This document shows, piece by piece, positions 61,801 to 64,000 of a stretch of DNA of 64,000 nucleotides; the first letter of the stretch is position 1, and every line of letters begins with the position of its first letter. The notes below the pieces were generated by a model. The model saw only the letters and a program-made list of their open reading frames with translations, was not told where the DNA came from and did no database searches. The position numbers were made by a program, and so were the translations under genes. Location of the stretch: positions 36,146,001 through 36,210,000 of the forward strand of contig JAGIQG010000016.1 in assembly GCA_024679065.1 (NCBI GenBank), read 5' to 3'. The stretch is from Sphyrna mokarran. Lineage: Eukaryota.

Positions 61801-63395
61801 ATAATGGCCATTTTTGGCGCTTGGTAAAGGTGAAACAGGCTGGGAGGCAGGCGCAGATCGCGCTACTCACCTCACACCCAACTTTACCAAGCTTTCGTGC
61901 CCAAAAACGGCCACCACTTGATGGTAAAATCGGGCCCAATATCAACAAAGGTGAAGGGTTGAATTTTATGTGCTCCTGGTCGATGTGTTTCCTACTTGCA
62001 GTCGGGGACATGTAAAATAGGATGAGTGGCCATCCCACCATAATACTGAGGGCAGATGGCTGCTGTAATTGGCAACCCACACACCATTTTTAAACAAACC
62101 ATGATAATACGCTGCCACGCCACAGAATATTGAACATGGAGAGCTGGGAAGAAGCAGGAAGTCAGATTATTCATGCCGAGTTGTTAAAGAGCAGACAGGA
62201 AATGTGGTGGCCAGGGGAGGGTGGGGAGGATTCATTCTTCGATGGCTGCCCTTTGCTGATAGCTATGTCGTTCCTCCCTTTTGGCTGCCTCCCCCTCCCC
62301 CCTTCCCTTCCTACTTATTCATATCATCACCTTCCCTTCCCACTATCCCAGACCCTCCTGGCCCAAGACCCTGGACTTGCCTGCTCTGAGGATTGGCTGG
62401 CAATTCCAGAGGATGGATCTTAGATCTCAACAATTTAAGTTCCATTCAGCCCTCATTAAACAGCCTGGCGGTGCTTTATGGCTGGTTTGTGGGTGGTATG
62501 CCTTCATGCCAGAGGATTTGACAGATCCTCTGAACAATATCTGTTCAATATTTTTACCTCATCACCACATGGCCCAGTGGGATATGAGTTTATAGAAAGT
62601 CACATCTAGACTACTTGAGAATCCCACAAAATGTCAAGAGATGAAGGGAGACCCATTCCTTGCATTATTGTCACTCATACTTGCACGTCTCAAGGCTGAC
62701 ATTAAATTGCGTGCAATTCTGTTGAATGGAAGAAAATATCTGACAACTCTGACAAAGAAGGTACTTCCTCCAATGACTGGGAGGAAGTAACAACTCACTG
62801 GTGCACAAGTAGAAGGAAGTTGACACTTCAACAAGCATGCTAACTCCGTGCCTAAGCATTGAAAGGACAAACTGTACGTGTATAGGATTGAACTGTGAAA
62901 ACCTTGAACCCAGCAGAAGTTGTTAAAGCTGAGACTCAAAGGTCTCATGGAGATGAAAACTGATAAACAAGTGAGAAGGAACAGATTTGACCTAGAGAAA
63001 AGCTGAGAAAAGCAAAGCAGGTCATCAACAGCGCCAACAATATCGCCAACCAGTGAGACAACAATTCCAGCATCATTAATATCAACAATGTCACCAGCAA
63101 GTGGCACATCAGTGACATCAAGCATGATCACAACACCAAGTAACGTGCTTAACATTGCTTGTGCAACGTGCTACTCACCACTGAGAATGATGAATGCCAA
63201 ATCTACAAGTTTGAAGCACAATACCTAAATGATAGTGTAAATCATGTTAGTCTGAGAAAAGGAAACAAGCTTTAAAAGATTCTTTGGGGGTTTATTTTTA
63301 AAAGCCAATTGTTAATCTTCTTCAGGTTGGAAAAAAAGTTAATGACTGAGACAGTTATTTTAATGTGGAAGTTTTTTTTAAAGAAAGAGAAATGT
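58880..63395 (+). mobile_element. Decayed Ty3/Gypsy LTR retrotransposon internal region (gag-PR-RT-RH-IN)
   Basis: KLKCDTGEQ (protease), LITFNTPFGQYKFL, ISQDVFQQKI, AGMKLNADKCF, PKDKKELISCLGLIQYM (RT), GCEKF and DHCPLEAI (RNase H), DPFLALLSL and ILLNGRKYLTTL (integrase), in Gypsy order with many stops and frameshifts. Confidence 0.9.
60750..61937. mobile_element. 1.19-kb Harbinger-like non-autonomous transposon nested in the Gypsy relic
   Basis: TIRs GGGTCCTGTTTTACCAT...ATGGTAAAATCGGGCCC with ATT/AAT flanks; CpG-retaining; internal CCAGAGAGCCATCT repeats and a C24 tract (61522-61545). Confidence 0.85.
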
Positions 63396-64000
63396 TTGGT
63401 GTGATTTTCCCTCTCTGCTATGCTGGTGGTTGGAGAGGGTAAACAGTAAATAGCGCGAGGCTCATTACATGATGCAAATCTTGATTTGCGTCTCTTCAGT
63501 GAACACAGGGTGGGACAATATTGGCCATGCTCGCTAATATTTCTGACCCTGCGGGGGGGTCCATACCAGCAGGGATTATGCATTGCACCAACAAAGGGAA
63601 CCAGAGGTGATGGCCCCTCTGATAGAACGGTGGACATTGAGGCCCCCTGAGAGGTTGAGGGCAGAGGATGCCTCTAGGGCAGTGCCAAATTAGCACTGCC
63701 ATCTGGGATCCTGTTAGTGCTAGCTTGGCACTCTGAAACTGCCCACTGGACATCCCAGCAGTGCCAAGAGGTTGAGGCTTTATGGGGTGAAGCCAAATAG
63801 AGAAAGCGAGGTTTGAGGAGAGGGAAGGGAGGACTCTGCATGGAAGTTGGAGGCTGGTGATGATTGGAGGGGAGGGAAGGAAGGACTCTGCATGGGAGTG
63901 GGGTTGGTTCTCAGAGGCTGGCAATTAGGTGGGAGCAGGTGGGGTCAAGACTGTTGATTGGTGATGGGCAGTTGGGGATGGTGATGTCCAGGGATTGGCA
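63396..64000. mobile_element. Harbinger-like non-autonomous element running off the window
   Basis: GGTGTGATTTTCCC start; GC-rich interior with GGCACT/AGTGCC motifs similar to 22647-23582. Confidence 0.5.

Noticed and set aside
62634-63155. Longest ORF (173 aa, minus strand, hydrophobic)
   Set aside because: Antisense to the low-complexity ACA/TCA-rich tail of the Gypsy integrase region; no recognisable domain.

Overview
Non-coding, repeat-dense eukaryotic DNA; no protein-coding exon, RNA gene or CRISPR array is supported. The repeat set points to a cartilaginous fish, probably a shark (inference from remembered consensus sequences, not a database search). It includes HE1/V-domain SINEs, Deu-domain SacSINE1-like SINEs, CR1/HER1, L2 and RTE LINE relics, PIF/Harbinger-like MITEs plus a transposase relic, a decayed Gypsy element and Penelope-like palindromic repeats. 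The recognisable ORFs in the track are transposon debris and the rest show no convincing domain. TE-poor, AT-rich blocks dense in homeodomain motifs suggest conserved enhancers in a large intron or gene desert. Most notable observations: (i) Penelope-like palindromes carrying minimal hammerhead ribozyme motifs, one with an intact core (26031-26070, minus strand); (ii) a ~160-bp microhomology-flanked insertion into a SINE, apparently copied from 1.4 kb downstream; (iii) a 216-bp TG...CA solo-LTR-like insert with a 5-bp TSD inside a CR1; (iv) a 5'-inverted SINE; (v) two unexplained long hairpins; (vi) modular SINE-LINE tail sharing. I do not see a clearly novel biological system. Boundaries of decayed elements are approximate.
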